Origin: Nanobdellota archaeon
GTDB taxonomy: Archaea > Nanobdellota > Nanobdellia > Woesearchaeales > SKGA01
Direction: 5' to 3'
NCBI GenBank assembly: GCA_051819805.1
Contig: JBNJHD010000001.1
Coordinates: forward strand, 8,962 to 72,961
DNA: 64,000 nucleotides
In this document: positions 50,601 to 55,661 of the stretch, piece after piece
Position numbering within the stretch: the stretch's first letter is position 1
How the letters are laid out: each line of letters begins with the position of its first letter
Program-made: the position numbers and the translations under genes
The notes under the pieces: model-generated
Told to the model about the DNA's origin: nothing
Database searches by the model: none
What the model saw: only the letters and a program-made list of their open reading frames with translations

Positions 50601-50888
50601 GGAACAGCTGACCAGACAAGCACGTTCAACATAGGAGGGACACAGGTCGCGAATGTACCGGTCATCAACTCGACCGATGCAGGAACATTCATCACAGGAA
50701 TCCTCTGGGACAGCGCTGATGGCGGAAGCGAATACGACGGAAGCCAGGATCTGGTCATCATCACGAAACTCAACGAATCGACAGCAGGAAAATACGGTAC
50801 GTATGATTTCGAAGCGAGAGTGCCGGTACTGCTCAGGAACCAGACCGGAAATATACATCAACTGGAGCGATATGATGAATTGCAATAA
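32619..50888 (+). CDS. Giant (6,089 aa) secreted multidomain surface glycoprotein/adhesin-like protein
   Basis: Uninterrupted 18.27-kb ORF with SD (GGGGTGAG) plus TTG start and signal peptide. Contains 5 DUF2341-like modules each followed by LamG-like regions, three ~180-aa Cys-containing modules, Ig-like repeats and a C-terminal CARDB-like domain. Hundreds of NxS/T sequons. Confidence 0.8.
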   Translation: MVILKRTLIFFMLLSVVLSGVALTIAASSGQSINLSSSGTPVSIRIPSLTSETLELTLSGNEYSPIETKRDPIRYNDPVGWQLILSNGTTNKSIDYTTPEITVDESIDTTPSSWLATITFSTQASTTYTDLPYTFEAPTTRDIATSSLLSKLSAANDSVSFILPQLHSERTIIITGALGNGTSRTAVAETPEGIYTIELSSGIPEEFTVQNASISTKLEELRTNQTLTMHLHAPVALDSATTFYIWNQKQSEKIPLSYSLEHNGTLAIINIPPSLLEMLSLPETSQYFYGNLELAMDNARYFTFTTDKEFYFPEETVTFNILPENTSSFIYVTTPSGEPELITGTEYTPEVPGTYTVDASLYHENISEEQALTFDVLNATLANQTEDEIVLEFNNTYEGQQKTIRASVKIPEHARDVAQQLNTLEQEINVLKKQDELSESLNAVQQGFSAMSASTNMIQQSNAPASVKEQILQKRRLLTQKREELKERVNNRVNATVNLANSSSDRVKSIAFNNLEIKNDTIDLGFKEDVDINEATSSFAVDPERINFTNATITVNATGNYLYKCRDWNFSGQYCPEPVTTCTGVKGVNRSCETYGGWKKLKKVTPGQLYTISVVPKDPAYAEYDATYTAPYCNVSESPCIANSSVLMSSGTYTNQNEPNEPNTVDACTDGGSGTYESDEYVQNVTITSLNNSNFQTGDTVNVSAWVHIWGTADDVVNFVYANDASSPSWTVKAGDVPLDGTGYQQVSTTFTLDEVVGDHVIRVLNEYQGAATTTCASNGYHDNDDVVFKVDRKFNVSNAQYNSTFGAPYCSYGASPCIAYSELLKSAGTYTNQEEPNYPNTIDACSDGHSGTYEGDEYVQNITIESLNHSTLQAGDTINITAWVNVYDAATDVVNFVYTNDASSPSWTVVDGDVPLGGTGYQQVSTTFTLDEVVGDHVIRVLNEYNGAATTTCASNGYHDNDDVVFKVQQADTAINWLNETWKWRMPFNISNTAGDLTGFQVQVNLTPSNFDFEKANANLSDLRFTYYEPDAQTEIEIPYYIESNTSLDYSTDAYTANIWIRTDLVNDTNTTHYVYYGNPDAQSESNASAVFDYYNGFESEVGFTDGDLTLTRDTNSSKKGDFGVTGNGGGTHTQAYRSGVNSGRDVIFEVWTKSYDDGGSQDTSLASIAFGHPNAGATTDGYQAFIDERDNGEAFGLRENYGVGTLTASATPLTYYNTWYFQQAIWKSNGELVHNLYDEDKNLLGSITATDNTYTDGEYGLGLWQAAHFDEYRVRKYANPTPGISGTGDGEFVGVINVTFDEPTDGDSTDTYNSFTMNGTVECIRGNDCGNISVWYQYYTTSTPTQSITETTTADFASYESEYNTSQSNGKLYLENKNSETSWWDGLWLYRQNFTVYNPNSDTITDYQINLQLNSSNTQSNFPWSNSAELRFVVYDNDTGDTTLVDHWVESWDQSGQNASVWVEIPEFEALNDTILHIYYGNSGAADISNASATMLYHDDFEDGNDDGWTEETGSWSVTSGEYQQTTDITDYLISSAGSSSWTDYTVEADINVTNDGSTRPFAGIVTRFQNTDNYYVAVLDDSTNLAIRNRVGGAWDVQNDYTISFDTLDWTHLRVDIYDDGGQDTVKASVNGYTHAHNFTNFNSGKIGLFTHGHQPYFDNVIVRTFAEQEPVITAGTETTLERASPGEYLSDVFDTGSYDAQFKGITWNEETDADTTLNIYTRTSPDNVSWSNWFLEISGNTISSPKDNRYIQYKAEMGTTDTQKSPLLDDITINYTILSKSWKNISLSGQTFTTSNPYECAVLSDNCTPSLTVLPKEFGNYSLRFLVDNNDYDIIDTTTEPHNITVYLQPSFSSFTATVNPVSINDTTELSAVLVDGSSQSLSGYNITFYDETHNGTDRYEIGSTLTDASGVATIDYQVPIDGQLSIHTLNASYAGDLSEFKKGIEVTRSLTVSSTPKFNAISVNPENIGFGKNLTIAANITDAVGLSTVKINITDESGTTTQYDMALSGQLYEYTFPEKWETEEYEFMIIATNNDGIRSISETRSFAVDVTAEFDIVTEKDEYKNEELVNLKLVKDGWYYLGWTHRTPITVVSQNKLKDFQISFELDEENFQFNQANADGSDIRVTYLNKTSGNEETIPHWIDSFNRTSEEATIWVKTPLLDDAIDNVFYIYYGNDTATTTSNGTDTFLYFEDFEGTFTWTDYGSGSVVKDSTRSYDNTYSGHKINNNDPNGAYDDVGFTFGRDVIMEFWVNRNAGFTGGNQDRVGFIDNSGNGYGWVFIHSGSEIAADRRDSYTGSNLPGTTATDYTDTWVFGRFVVKSNGVVEAYRYVNDTLAGSMAITDNTYNSFTRAYIFGGNDYWVDDIRIRNYDAGVIEKQYKMTEQGIHGLLNKGDTEFEGQLRMLVQEWTGSSWQNIMPPVVEDEWTNVSGYEAIELSGLWDAKGAWNTSNRDSGTYRVYAIMEDPSYNTLYTTDGQPLIGTYNFTIIQSSVELENLTHENEHEDTINEYETGDVIDWINATVKAYDNTAYNAYVNLSLYDDSKQPLPWGPQEELKNCGTLTEGSTCERQWTNSSNGYIIPQDAIAGTYTFYWNVKSDSDNGPVNINDSTSFTIHSVPSTVSSALEKIRVEKPNSTLYNFTFTNPWSESLTSTTATINCPTMSGFECDSLVSGTRTENIGTVTSSDTVTVQFNVSANESVPSDNYNISIELNYTNPGAEDKSWSGLGEQIVEVRIAGILEITDFYHPNNITRGITYDFDSHMNNSADNTANNAWLNYTLPASWQLISGTLSTTFGSLAPGEIGWNNISAQPEADAPLGPRQVRLDSGADDGRYDFKVYSVDVYAQTNINASKDRYIVNRGENVNLSATLYYDNSSTINGQEIEFVDTRTATTIGTATTNTSGVATIPYYINSTSPLGTHTINVTFDGSVTDYLRPSYNTTDINIHEVPEISNIVISPNVTSYGQDIWINATITDTDDVDSAWYEITFPNGTAKNYSMNNIPPSDYYSIFNDTWQNGTYSIIIYANDTTSARSQSEELFIIDNADLTLGLLTDYPSYGQNSDVNLLPTTATTWWNTNYGYKRVRNITNTAGNLTEYQFFIEENLSQAYADDLINDDCKSVRFTYYNSTSRKEERIPYYVDYCNLTVEDNAGFWVKVPFLENDTDTRISMYYGNTQADSESNLTEVFTYDTRQTIGYVVSDLTATNGVTLTGITAEGSNVQVGGSVYTIGELQTRTPGTLEVYDPIKATNPVQVEGNGAYDGVVVPISWASTEFLLAGMRGTEDFCMLSPWGDASVDIYDGSSGTPEWSGTINNTGNCINNDITERNTGRITSDKPILLFKSTSDSNDAYPVYPATDEDLYLASLSNQGYVAAGTTSTTVDFYGSSGGTGSETIQNVDANAATYLTTGDSGSGDAVRFSADNPVGAIQQADHDGTESSVAVPRKEMSPEFAAAHDAQYIAVVSGDQDVSCSIYDTNGLVATNTTTGSIANRVYKTCFGCGNDNIFVNGPWKLECDKPVWAYYEENTDDAETNMISYKQMRTKVYPEPVVSESEEQQVGSHIFNDFEDQASGYLYLTIQTNNSGSWQHVDTVVDDISTSTKRDIPLVSGLDLSSIWNATPWNTANYDAGTYKVYGELRAPDGSVLENTNGSDINGYWTFTIEEPDLQLDLDDIRIYDLSNTDNSNWHYYTNDLEGSGLNTTYTLGKDKIYRVEVDILNSGSSTWDINETDVDYNYLNSVWPVNETDDIWYSDKTSISDRRNDATKTTGSFDGNVSWDTLADDGSVSSSGTATFFFIVNTSTEETRQVNFNIEHSTFIKSDYSTWEIIDLDEEIPYIINDNYNITTLDIIRGNDLTLFGQWNEEIDMANATYSTSGPSTYVTTTDTNPGGNWTNFTITSYPTWYLGDHDAKLTAKDKSGNVNDTLAYIPFTIWGLAQIESMTSDNEPATEQENAVYDTAYTTPYCNSTRSPCVANSSLLMSSNSYTDQNEPNQPNTVDGCADGGSGGYESDEYVQNITIESLNHTLIQRGDTVNVTATVYVYDTNSDFVNFVYANNASSPSWTVMAGDVALPGTGYQQVSTTFKLDDVSGDHVIRVLNEYNGAATTTCASNGYHDNDDVVFTVAEENIPLRCKVVDATDSDSPIENYNVSFYNNDGLLDWKLTDSQGYAYYRYYDQSPGPETLSCKIRNDTVNYYKTDSNNESSININTLEDIPPTYSSVSGPTPVHKGDVITLSTLWQDNYQLDTATLQINTSGAYVDEDTIALSGNESWANFSYTISNSLLPGTFGWRQIANDTSKNTNQTPDQTLEVWGYSRVDSSSISPSSIQETNSTTMTCTVQDAGDNSGLQDYAVYFWYKNSSESTYTALGSNTTDASGQASYSFVVNTAATYDVKCNITDNATQQYNVSSPDNRIEELNVIVGDDTRPPQIIGENYTVTPSLVHRGGCIDISGLWDENISEAYVRYNQTSTEYTQVNISSPYTGNWTNTTICTNETWDLDDYTFKLFAKDLEGNRNDTLSYKTVAVKGLAQLEWDAPTGDQNRTTLNVSCKVIDNETANPISGYPVTFYDGDKGISIGNDDTNASGIAQIQYDYSGALVGPDELSCTFSDEPSLNYETTGSTTVSETIDFYGYLNATIATPVSDQILHRGTGESLEVNVVDEFGNTPLDQNGNTAALSAIWRNASSDQIATGTTTTWNVPSSYQLGSDTLEVDVSETYYYPDNDSQNVEIWSYAQVDLTSPTADTYGAGVNLDINCTVTDEASTDSISGYDVNFYDNGALLGTGTSDAAGEASLTVSTDTLGDGSHDLSCNISDNPINYYEAGANKEDLVSITVDGSTPEISYAANTDTNGTYDKTWILVNVTSVESNPDTALLYWNGVPEEFTYTDGTNYWVNKSVLSDGNYEFYAYINDTAGNENQTGLRNVTLDTTAPVVTLDNPLNTTYNTSSFDLNYTVVEENPDTCWYKIDSNPNQTIAGCSNITIGSLGEGTHTVVIAASDTVGHVDEDNVTFTIDQTLPQVTIDNPVLGVEYTDNDVDLNYTVSDDRNVDECWYKLNGGTKVAMPSCQNTTLTSLSNDNHTIEVFANDTAGNINSSSLWFEVNYSVLTATPLYPDNDTIIASQTINVNVTTNKQANECNYSLDGGAYTPMTNYTLLDWSASAGPLTESTHNVRFTCTDGINTSTTDLVYFTIDVTGPTITYELPTPGDGDGRGVDWAVVNVTLDEPGDTALLEWENSTAITNITMNQHNSTSYWYNMSGLADATYNYTVYANDTIGNMNNASTREVIISTTAPVIQLDSPTAQEYTTSVIDLNVSSNMEIDEWWYEFNGRNFSLIPNTTITAEMNENKITVYGNDTFGNIGNESVTFIVNATSWTDDFTGLTGISSSSNVKTGGAAQIDPCWPLYHEEDSDDYNRDTCWHYRKPVTISASSQLKDYQMLLNIDLSTEYSQGKLQDNCEDLRLSYYNSTSGDDQKISHWIEDCSDKSNISVWVKSPQIDTSSTTLHAYYGNDRAGDSSNGTAVFEMFDNFNTVSSTDWGSNAANWNTEKGVAYPTVSGSSSRLTHDYSFGSTYATELYMKANATSGSAGYYGLGNGAGTKYLRLYLEPSNNRVSLYNGANNYYSLDSGSYQKYTIISDYTNDEYKLLINNSQTALDLSSAASSSTSSPTFYSYYTNGLYLDHIAIRKYAGNTPSMDAIGAEQQPTVNGSVESIVVKPLELYSWDTFSATVNTPGTTSLTFHLLNESGSDLCGDISEAQITSGYEVCSAANSYDSIVLQANLTTASSSETPQIDSWTINWSETITTQPDLIINSINFTPERFIENKNVTVNINVSNNGSADAGESTVRLNVLLWKGSRILKKTYEENVTLPVGASTIVSFNWTAAIGTHIFDAYADADNVILESNETNNNLTVNGSTSAWQTFYGNYSYTYFLGDADNRSYMNWSNFVAKGNIYYSDVDASYYPFDLQPLDGTNDFTEADTALGMTYFNDSISKEFDSNNDGTADQTSTFNIGGTQVANVPVINSTDAGTFITGILWDSADGGSEYDGSQDLVIITKLNESTAGKYGTYDFEARVPVLLRNQTGNIHQLERYDELQ
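34498..35570 (+). repeat. Tandem intragenic duplication (2 x ~540 bp) encoding a Cys-containing ~180-aa module; the 3' ~150 bp of each copy is >90% identical at nucleotide level
   Basis: GGAACCGGCTACCAGCAAGTGAGCACGACATTCACGCTTGATGAAGTGG...GATAACGATGATGTCGTCTTCAA recurs at 34839-34990 and 35378-35530. Protein copies YTAPYCNVSESPCIANS...VFKV and APYCSYGASPCIAYS...VFKV. Confidence 0.8.
44488..44990 (+). repeat. Third dispersed copy of the same ~180-aa module / 150-bp near-identical nucleotide core, ~9.5 kb downstream in the same gene
   Basis: GGAACCGGCTATCAGCAAGTGAGCACGACATTCAAGCTTGATGA...GATAACGATGATGTGGTTTTTAC at 44833-44985. Protein YTTPYCNSTRSPCVANS...VVFTV. Confidence 0.75.
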
Positions 50889-50981
50889 TCAGATAAAAAC
50901 AAGCTCATCAAGAACAGTTAGCTTTATAAATGAACTTCGCTACTTTATAAATGCGGCGTTGTGTGAACAAGAGGTGTTGTT

Positions 50982-52130
50982 GTGAAACAAGCAAGAGCGA
51001 AAAATAGAGCGGGAAAGACGGCTCTGTCAGCAACCATGACGATGGTGATGCTTCTAGTCATCGTGCTATCCTTAGCAGCGCCTTTCGCACTGACACAAAA
51101 CGAGACCAACTCTTCACAGGTTGTCGTTGAAGAACTTGGTGAAGAAGAAAATACTACTGAAGTCACTGATTCTGACTTGAATGAATCTACAAACAATGAG
51201 AACGGGACAGCCGATGTTGACGTTGCAAATGAAACCTCGAACGAGACTGATACCGAAACTACTGATGATAATCAGACAGTGAATGATTCACAAAAGAATG
51301 AAACTATCCTCTTTGGTCAAGATTCTGAATTTTCAAACTCTACTAATATCACCAACGAATCAGTCGTTGATGATAATGATACATCGCTAACTCCTGGTTC
51401 AAACGAATACGGACAGTACTATGAACTTGGCTCTGATAACCAGATGGCAGAAAACGAATCGATCACAACAGATACTGATGAGAATGATTCAATAAAGCTT
51501 GTTTCTGGAGAAGTCATTACTGATACTGATATTACGACGAATTCATCATCATATTATATAGAACTTGATGAGACTGCAGAACCACTAGAACTCAATGTTT
51601 CGGTAGATGGGACTGAACAAGGAGACGTGCAAATTGATGTGCCTGTGAAATTCACACAGGAATTGTCTGTCACGAATGTCGCTCCTTCAGAAGTCGAACT
51701 GACGATCAACCTCTGGAAACTCAGAGGCGTGGATGATGCGCTTCTCAACGACATGAACTCTCTCGAGATTACATCGAATGGAACTCTCATTTCAGAACAG
51801 TCCTTGTTTCCATTACGATTGGAAGCGAATGAATCCAAAAATCTGATGATCACTTATACGCTACCGGAAGTCACTATGACAATGGAATGCACTGAGAAAA
51901 CTATTGAAGATGTACTACCTGAAGACGCGACGATAACAGAAGCGGAACTCAATATCTCGTCAGTGCTGACCAAAGAATGCTCCGTACAGGTAGCGCATGA
52001 TGGTTCTGCTGTGTATGAGGATGTGACTATTCCTCTGGATCAGGTTGATGTGAAAGACTTGATTACAGTGATTGATGCTTCGACAGGTGACGAACTGCCT
52101 ATTATCAATGGAACTATAATGATGGATTGA
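50982..52130 (+). CDS. Secreted, highly acidic S/T/N/D/E-rich protein with N-terminal signal/anchor
   Basis: N-terminal basic region plus hydrophobic segment (TMTMVMLLVIVLSLAAPFA) then low-complexity acidic sequence with many sequons. Stop overlaps the next gene. Confidence 0.5.
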   Translation: MKQARAKNRAGKTALSATMTMVMLLVIVLSLAAPFALTQNETNSSQVVVEELGEEENTTEVTDSDLNESTNNENGTADVDVANETSNETDTETTDDNQTVNDSQKNETILFGQDSEFSNSTNITNESVVDDNDTSLTPGSNEYGQYYELGSDNQMAENESITTDTDENDSIKLVSGEVITDTDITTNSSSYYIELDETAEPLELNVSVDGTEQGDVQIDVPVKFTQELSVTNVAPSEVELTINLWKLRGVDDALLNDMNSLEITSNGTLISEQSLFPLRLEANESKNLMITYTLPEVTMTMECTEKTIEDVLPEDATITEAELNISSVLTKECSVQVAHDGSAVYEDVTIPLDQVDVKDLITVIDASTGDELPIINGTIMMD

Positions 52131-52138
52131 GATTGAAT

Positions 52139-53788
52139 ATGAAACATAAAGAACGAATTCGTGCATTGGCGTTGGTTCTTGTAGCTGTAGCGCTATTATT
52201 CACTATCTCTCAATTTTCCCAAGCTGACTCGGTTGATGTTCTCGCAGGCCGATCTTACAAAGTAAGTCTGGAAGCGAATGCTCCAAGCGGACGATGGGCT
52301 GGAGTCACGATAAGTCATAATGAAGTAGAACTTGATGAGAGTAACTTGCCCTTCGGGTCCATACGATTCGATACTCCTGAAATTGAAGCTCGTCAATTCC
52401 CAGGTAAAAATCTCAATGATGATATTCATTATTACGCAGCGATGTTCGATGAGAGTTTCAACCTGACACGAGTCCATAATGTCACTGTAGAAGATCTCGA
52501 TCCGAACGAAATGTTCGATCAAACGGACTTTCCTGATTTTTATCCAGATTATCTTTCTTATGGCGATAATCCCAAACGAACATTTGAAGGGAACACGACT
52601 GACATATTACTTGGTGGAGAGAATTTTACAGCATTTGTCATGACACTAGCTGAAGATGTCACCTACTATCTGCTCCGCTATGATGAAGGAAGCAACAAAC
52701 GACCATTGTTTCTCACGCATCTTGATTACCAAACCTGTTACAAGGGTCAGGAATGTGTTGGTGAATTCATGCTTCCTGTTTCACCGAACGAATATAATTT
52801 TTATGCATTGAACAAGTATACTTCTTATGATTACAGGATATGGGTTGATGGAGTGGAGACTAACTCCTTCAGCCAGACAGCTCTGCCATATAATCTCACT
52901 GTGGAAGTATCAAATCTTTACACCAGTCAACTGGAACCAGGAGTCGATGTTTTAGTGGGAGAGCACAATGGTCAAAATATCTTCATCCCCTATAGGATGT
53001 CAGGGTATATCAGCGACTCCTACACTGTAGGAACGGCAGATGCTGATGCAATGGAAACGTTCCTAGTTGCACCGACAGTCTATCCATCAGTAGATAATTA
53101 CACTATATTCGTAGCAGTCCTCAAAGAAGGTAATCTCTTGAGTGAAGAAGAGCTCTATGTCAATTCGAAAGACACGCTTGTACGGTTCTCAAAACCGCTC
53201 TCGCCATCAACACTATATGATAATGCAAAAGCATCAGTCAATGCAATGAGCCAGATAGCGAACTCGTTGTTCAAATGGTCAAGCCAATTCCTCTCATCAA
53301 AACGTTTCAAGATCAGCTATGATATATCCTCGGATTCATTCACTACATACGATTATGAAATCAGTAGCTATCTACCAAGTCCTATCTCGCTCAAGACAGG
53401 GGCTCCGAATGTCATTGAGACTTCTGTAACTGATGGTGGAACACCACAGTCAGATTATATGATCCGGATTTCAGAAAAGGATGGATATCTCATCATGAAT
53501 CCGTATACAGAATCATCTCCGTTGTCTGAAAAGCAGAGGTATCATCGTCAAAGCGTTCCTGTATCACAGGAATTCATTATCACGCCAACAAGCCTTGGAA
53601 AGATTGATTCGAATGTGACCTTCGAAGTCCTTGATTACAGAGGAGAAATTGTAGCTGAGAAGCAATTCAATGTCACTTCAAGTCTGGTTTATACAGGAGG
53701 CGTATATTTTAACAATGACCAGCTGAAAACGATTGTAAATGCGATGAATCAGGTCTTGAGTTCGTTGTATTATTCGTTAAATTTTTAA
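52139..53788 (+). CDS. Secreted protein of unknown function (signal peptide, sequon-rich)
   Basis: Signal peptide ALALVLVAVALLFTISQFSQA|DS; no recognisable catalytic motif. Confidence 0.5.
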   Translation: MKHKERIRALALVLVAVALLFTISQFSQADSVDVLAGRSYKVSLEANAPSGRWAGVTISHNEVELDESNLPFGSIRFDTPEIEARQFPGKNLNDDIHYYAAMFDESFNLTRVHNVTVEDLDPNEMFDQTDFPDFYPDYLSYGDNPKRTFEGNTTDILLGGENFTAFVMTLAEDVTYYLLRYDEGSNKRPLFLTHLDYQTCYKGQECVGEFMLPVSPNEYNFYALNKYTSYDYRIWVDGVETNSFSQTALPYNLTVEVSNLYTSQLEPGVDVLVGEHNGQNIFIPYRMSGYISDSYTVGTADADAMETFLVAPTVYPSVDNYTIFVAVLKEGNLLSEEELYVNSKDTLVRFSKPLSPSTLYDNAKASVNAMSQIANSLFKWSSQFLSSKRFKISYDISSDSFTTYDYEISSYLPSPISLKTGAPNVIETSVTDGGTPQSDYMIRISEKDGYLIMNPYTESSPLSEKQRYHRQSVPVSQEFIITPTSLGKIDSNVTFEVLDYRGEIVAEKQFNVTSSLVYTGGVYFNNDQLKTIVNAMNQVLSSLYYSLNF

Positions 53789-53831
53789 ACGCTTATGGCT
53801 GGACAATAGGTAAAAGAGTGTGAGTGCAAAC

Positions 53832-55625
53832 ATGAAAGCAAGGGAAATCACGAAAACAATCTTCATTCTAGTAATCATCACGCTCTTTACAGCATCAGTA
53901 ACTGCAGAATCAGGCAGTTTCATATCACAGAATCCGATGAACCCTTCCGAATATGTTCAAGCATCATCACTTTATTTCACCGGAACAAGTTCCGATCCTG
54001 GAAACCTGTATCTGGATGCGTATGGTGCTAACGAGGACATCGGAATACAACTATGCGATGTCGGACAACGATACGTAGGCGGCTTCTACGCGATGAATAT
54101 AGGAGGAGCATGGGAATCCTCGCTTGTGACGTATTCCTCGAGCAGTGAAGCACTCGCTTACACGTCAGAAGATACGGAGAGCGGCTGTTACGGCACAGTG
54201 CCTGGTTTCGTCACGATATCACCGTCTCACCTGACAACATCTGATCCGGATGTCTACAAGGCAGCTTTGCCGGGAAATCTCTGGATAGGGTATGATACCG
54301 GAGCGAACCCTGGAACTGTGAGTGATTTTGTCTTTTCAGGAGGGGATGCGAAACTACGAGGGGATTATAACGTCCAACGTTCCTTCGATCAATCAACACG
54401 ACAGATTGCTGCTCAAACTCCGCAGATACAATTCAGGACATCATCAACATCATTCTCGAAACCAGCTTCGGATTCATCATTCGGCATATCCTCTTCCAGA
54501 CAGATGGTTATGGGAGTCTGCGATGACGATTACGGACAATTCTGTTCAGACGGACAGTTATTCAGTTCTCCGACGTTCCCTGCAACTTTCGATACAGGAC
54601 TCGGAGAGAGCCAGGTGAACGACCAGCAGATACACACGAAGTATGTTGTCATGAACGGAATCGGAAAAGAGATGTGCATCGGAGCGAATCTCAAGTCCCA
54701 GATTTCTTCAGTAACTCCTGATCCTGTCTATTATAGCCAGAATCTAGAGATACAATTCGCTATCAACAATCCACGTGACACTCCGTATGAGACCTATGGC
54801 GGTAACGTCGATGTCACGACACCGTTTGACGTGCGGTTGCGGATCTATGAAGCAGCAGACCCCTCGAATGTCGTCTACACGGATACATTCACAGTGTCAA
54901 GCTCTGTGCTTTCAGAAGGGTCCTTACCATATATCATTAACTGGCCTGCCTTTGAGCATAGTGGCATCTACACGGTAGAGATTGATGCTGATATCGGTGG
55001 AGATATCACTGAGTGTAATGAAGGGGATAATATCGCTACAATGAATTTTGAGCTACTCCCGATTACTCTTCCTGAAATCAACATTGATGGTCTGGAACTG
55101 GATTCATTCCCTGTGCCTAATGTGCCGTATAATGTCACGTTCCACATGGAAAACTCTGATGGTGATGTGCTACGAAACGCTAATGTCATCATGACTGAAA
55201 AGAATGGTCTCAACCTGGCAGCACCCACACAGACTTTTGAAGCAGACATTGATGATATGGGCAATACTGAAAATCGAGGAGTGGTTTCAACGTCACAAGC
55301 TTATTTCATGACAGATTATTATGGTAATGTGAGTTTTACGTTCATACCAACATATAACAAACTCTATTTCGATGGGTCAGGAGTCAATCTCAGTGAATAT
55401 GTAGGTAATTACTCGCTCTCATTCACTGGAAACCAATCCGATGGAGAGAATTTCAAGTTCGTCCTCAATGGTTCGTTAGAGTCCGATTATCCTCTGACTA
55501 TCGACAATAAGAATTATACAGGACCATACAATCAAAAAGAGCTTCCTAACAAGAATATGGTCTCTCAAGTACTTGACTATGCATACCATGCTTATACTAA
55601 CTTTATCGAAACACTAGTCGGCTAA
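53832..55625 (+). CDS. Secreted protein with CARDB-like segment
   Basis: Signal peptide (IFILVIITLFTASVTA|ESG) and a CARDB-like stretch (VEIDADIGGDITECNEGDNIATMNFEL). Confidence 0.5.
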   Translation: MKAREITKTIFILVIITLFTASVTAESGSFISQNPMNPSEYVQASSLYFTGTSSDPGNLYLDAYGANEDIGIQLCDVGQRYVGGFYAMNIGGAWESSLVTYSSSSEALAYTSEDTESGCYGTVPGFVTISPSHLTTSDPDVYKAALPGNLWIGYDTGANPGTVSDFVFSGGDAKLRGDYNVQRSFDQSTRQIAAQTPQIQFRTSSTSFSKPASDSSFGISSSRQMVMGVCDDDYGQFCSDGQLFSSPTFPATFDTGLGESQVNDQQIHTKYVVMNGIGKEMCIGANLKSQISSVTPDPVYYSQNLEIQFAINNPRDTPYETYGGNVDVTTPFDVRLRIYEAADPSNVVYTDTFTVSSSVLSEGSLPYIINWPAFEHSGIYTVEIDADIGGDITECNEGDNIATMNFELLPITLPEINIDGLELDSFPVPNVPYNVTFHMENSDGDVLRNANVIMTEKNGLNLAAPTQTFEADIDDMGNTENRGVVSTSQAYFMTDYYGNVSFTFIPTYNKLYFDGSGVNLSEYVGNYSLSFTGNQSDGENFKFVLNGSLESDYPLTIDNKNYTGPYNQKELPNKNMVSQVLDYAYHAYTNFIETLVG

Positions 55626-55661
55626 ATGCATTTTCATCACATTCAGTAGGGGTTTTATGGG

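Noticed and set aside
32585-50888. Dozens of 60-140-aa ORFs on both strands inside 32.6-50.9 kb
   Set aside because: All are embedded in or antisense to the single continuous 6,089-aa frame. The giant frame has consistent codon usage, recognisable repeated domains and no internal stops, so the small ORFs are artefacts.
32619-50888. Identification of the giant protein as halomucin (Haloquadratum) or a nanohaloarchaeal SPEARE protein
   Set aside because: Ordinary cytoplasmic proteins here (PGK, CDC48, ribosomal proteins) are Lys-rich, not strongly acidic, which argues against a salt-in haloarchaeal proteome. No serine-protease or restriction-endonuclease module typical of SPEARE was recognisable.
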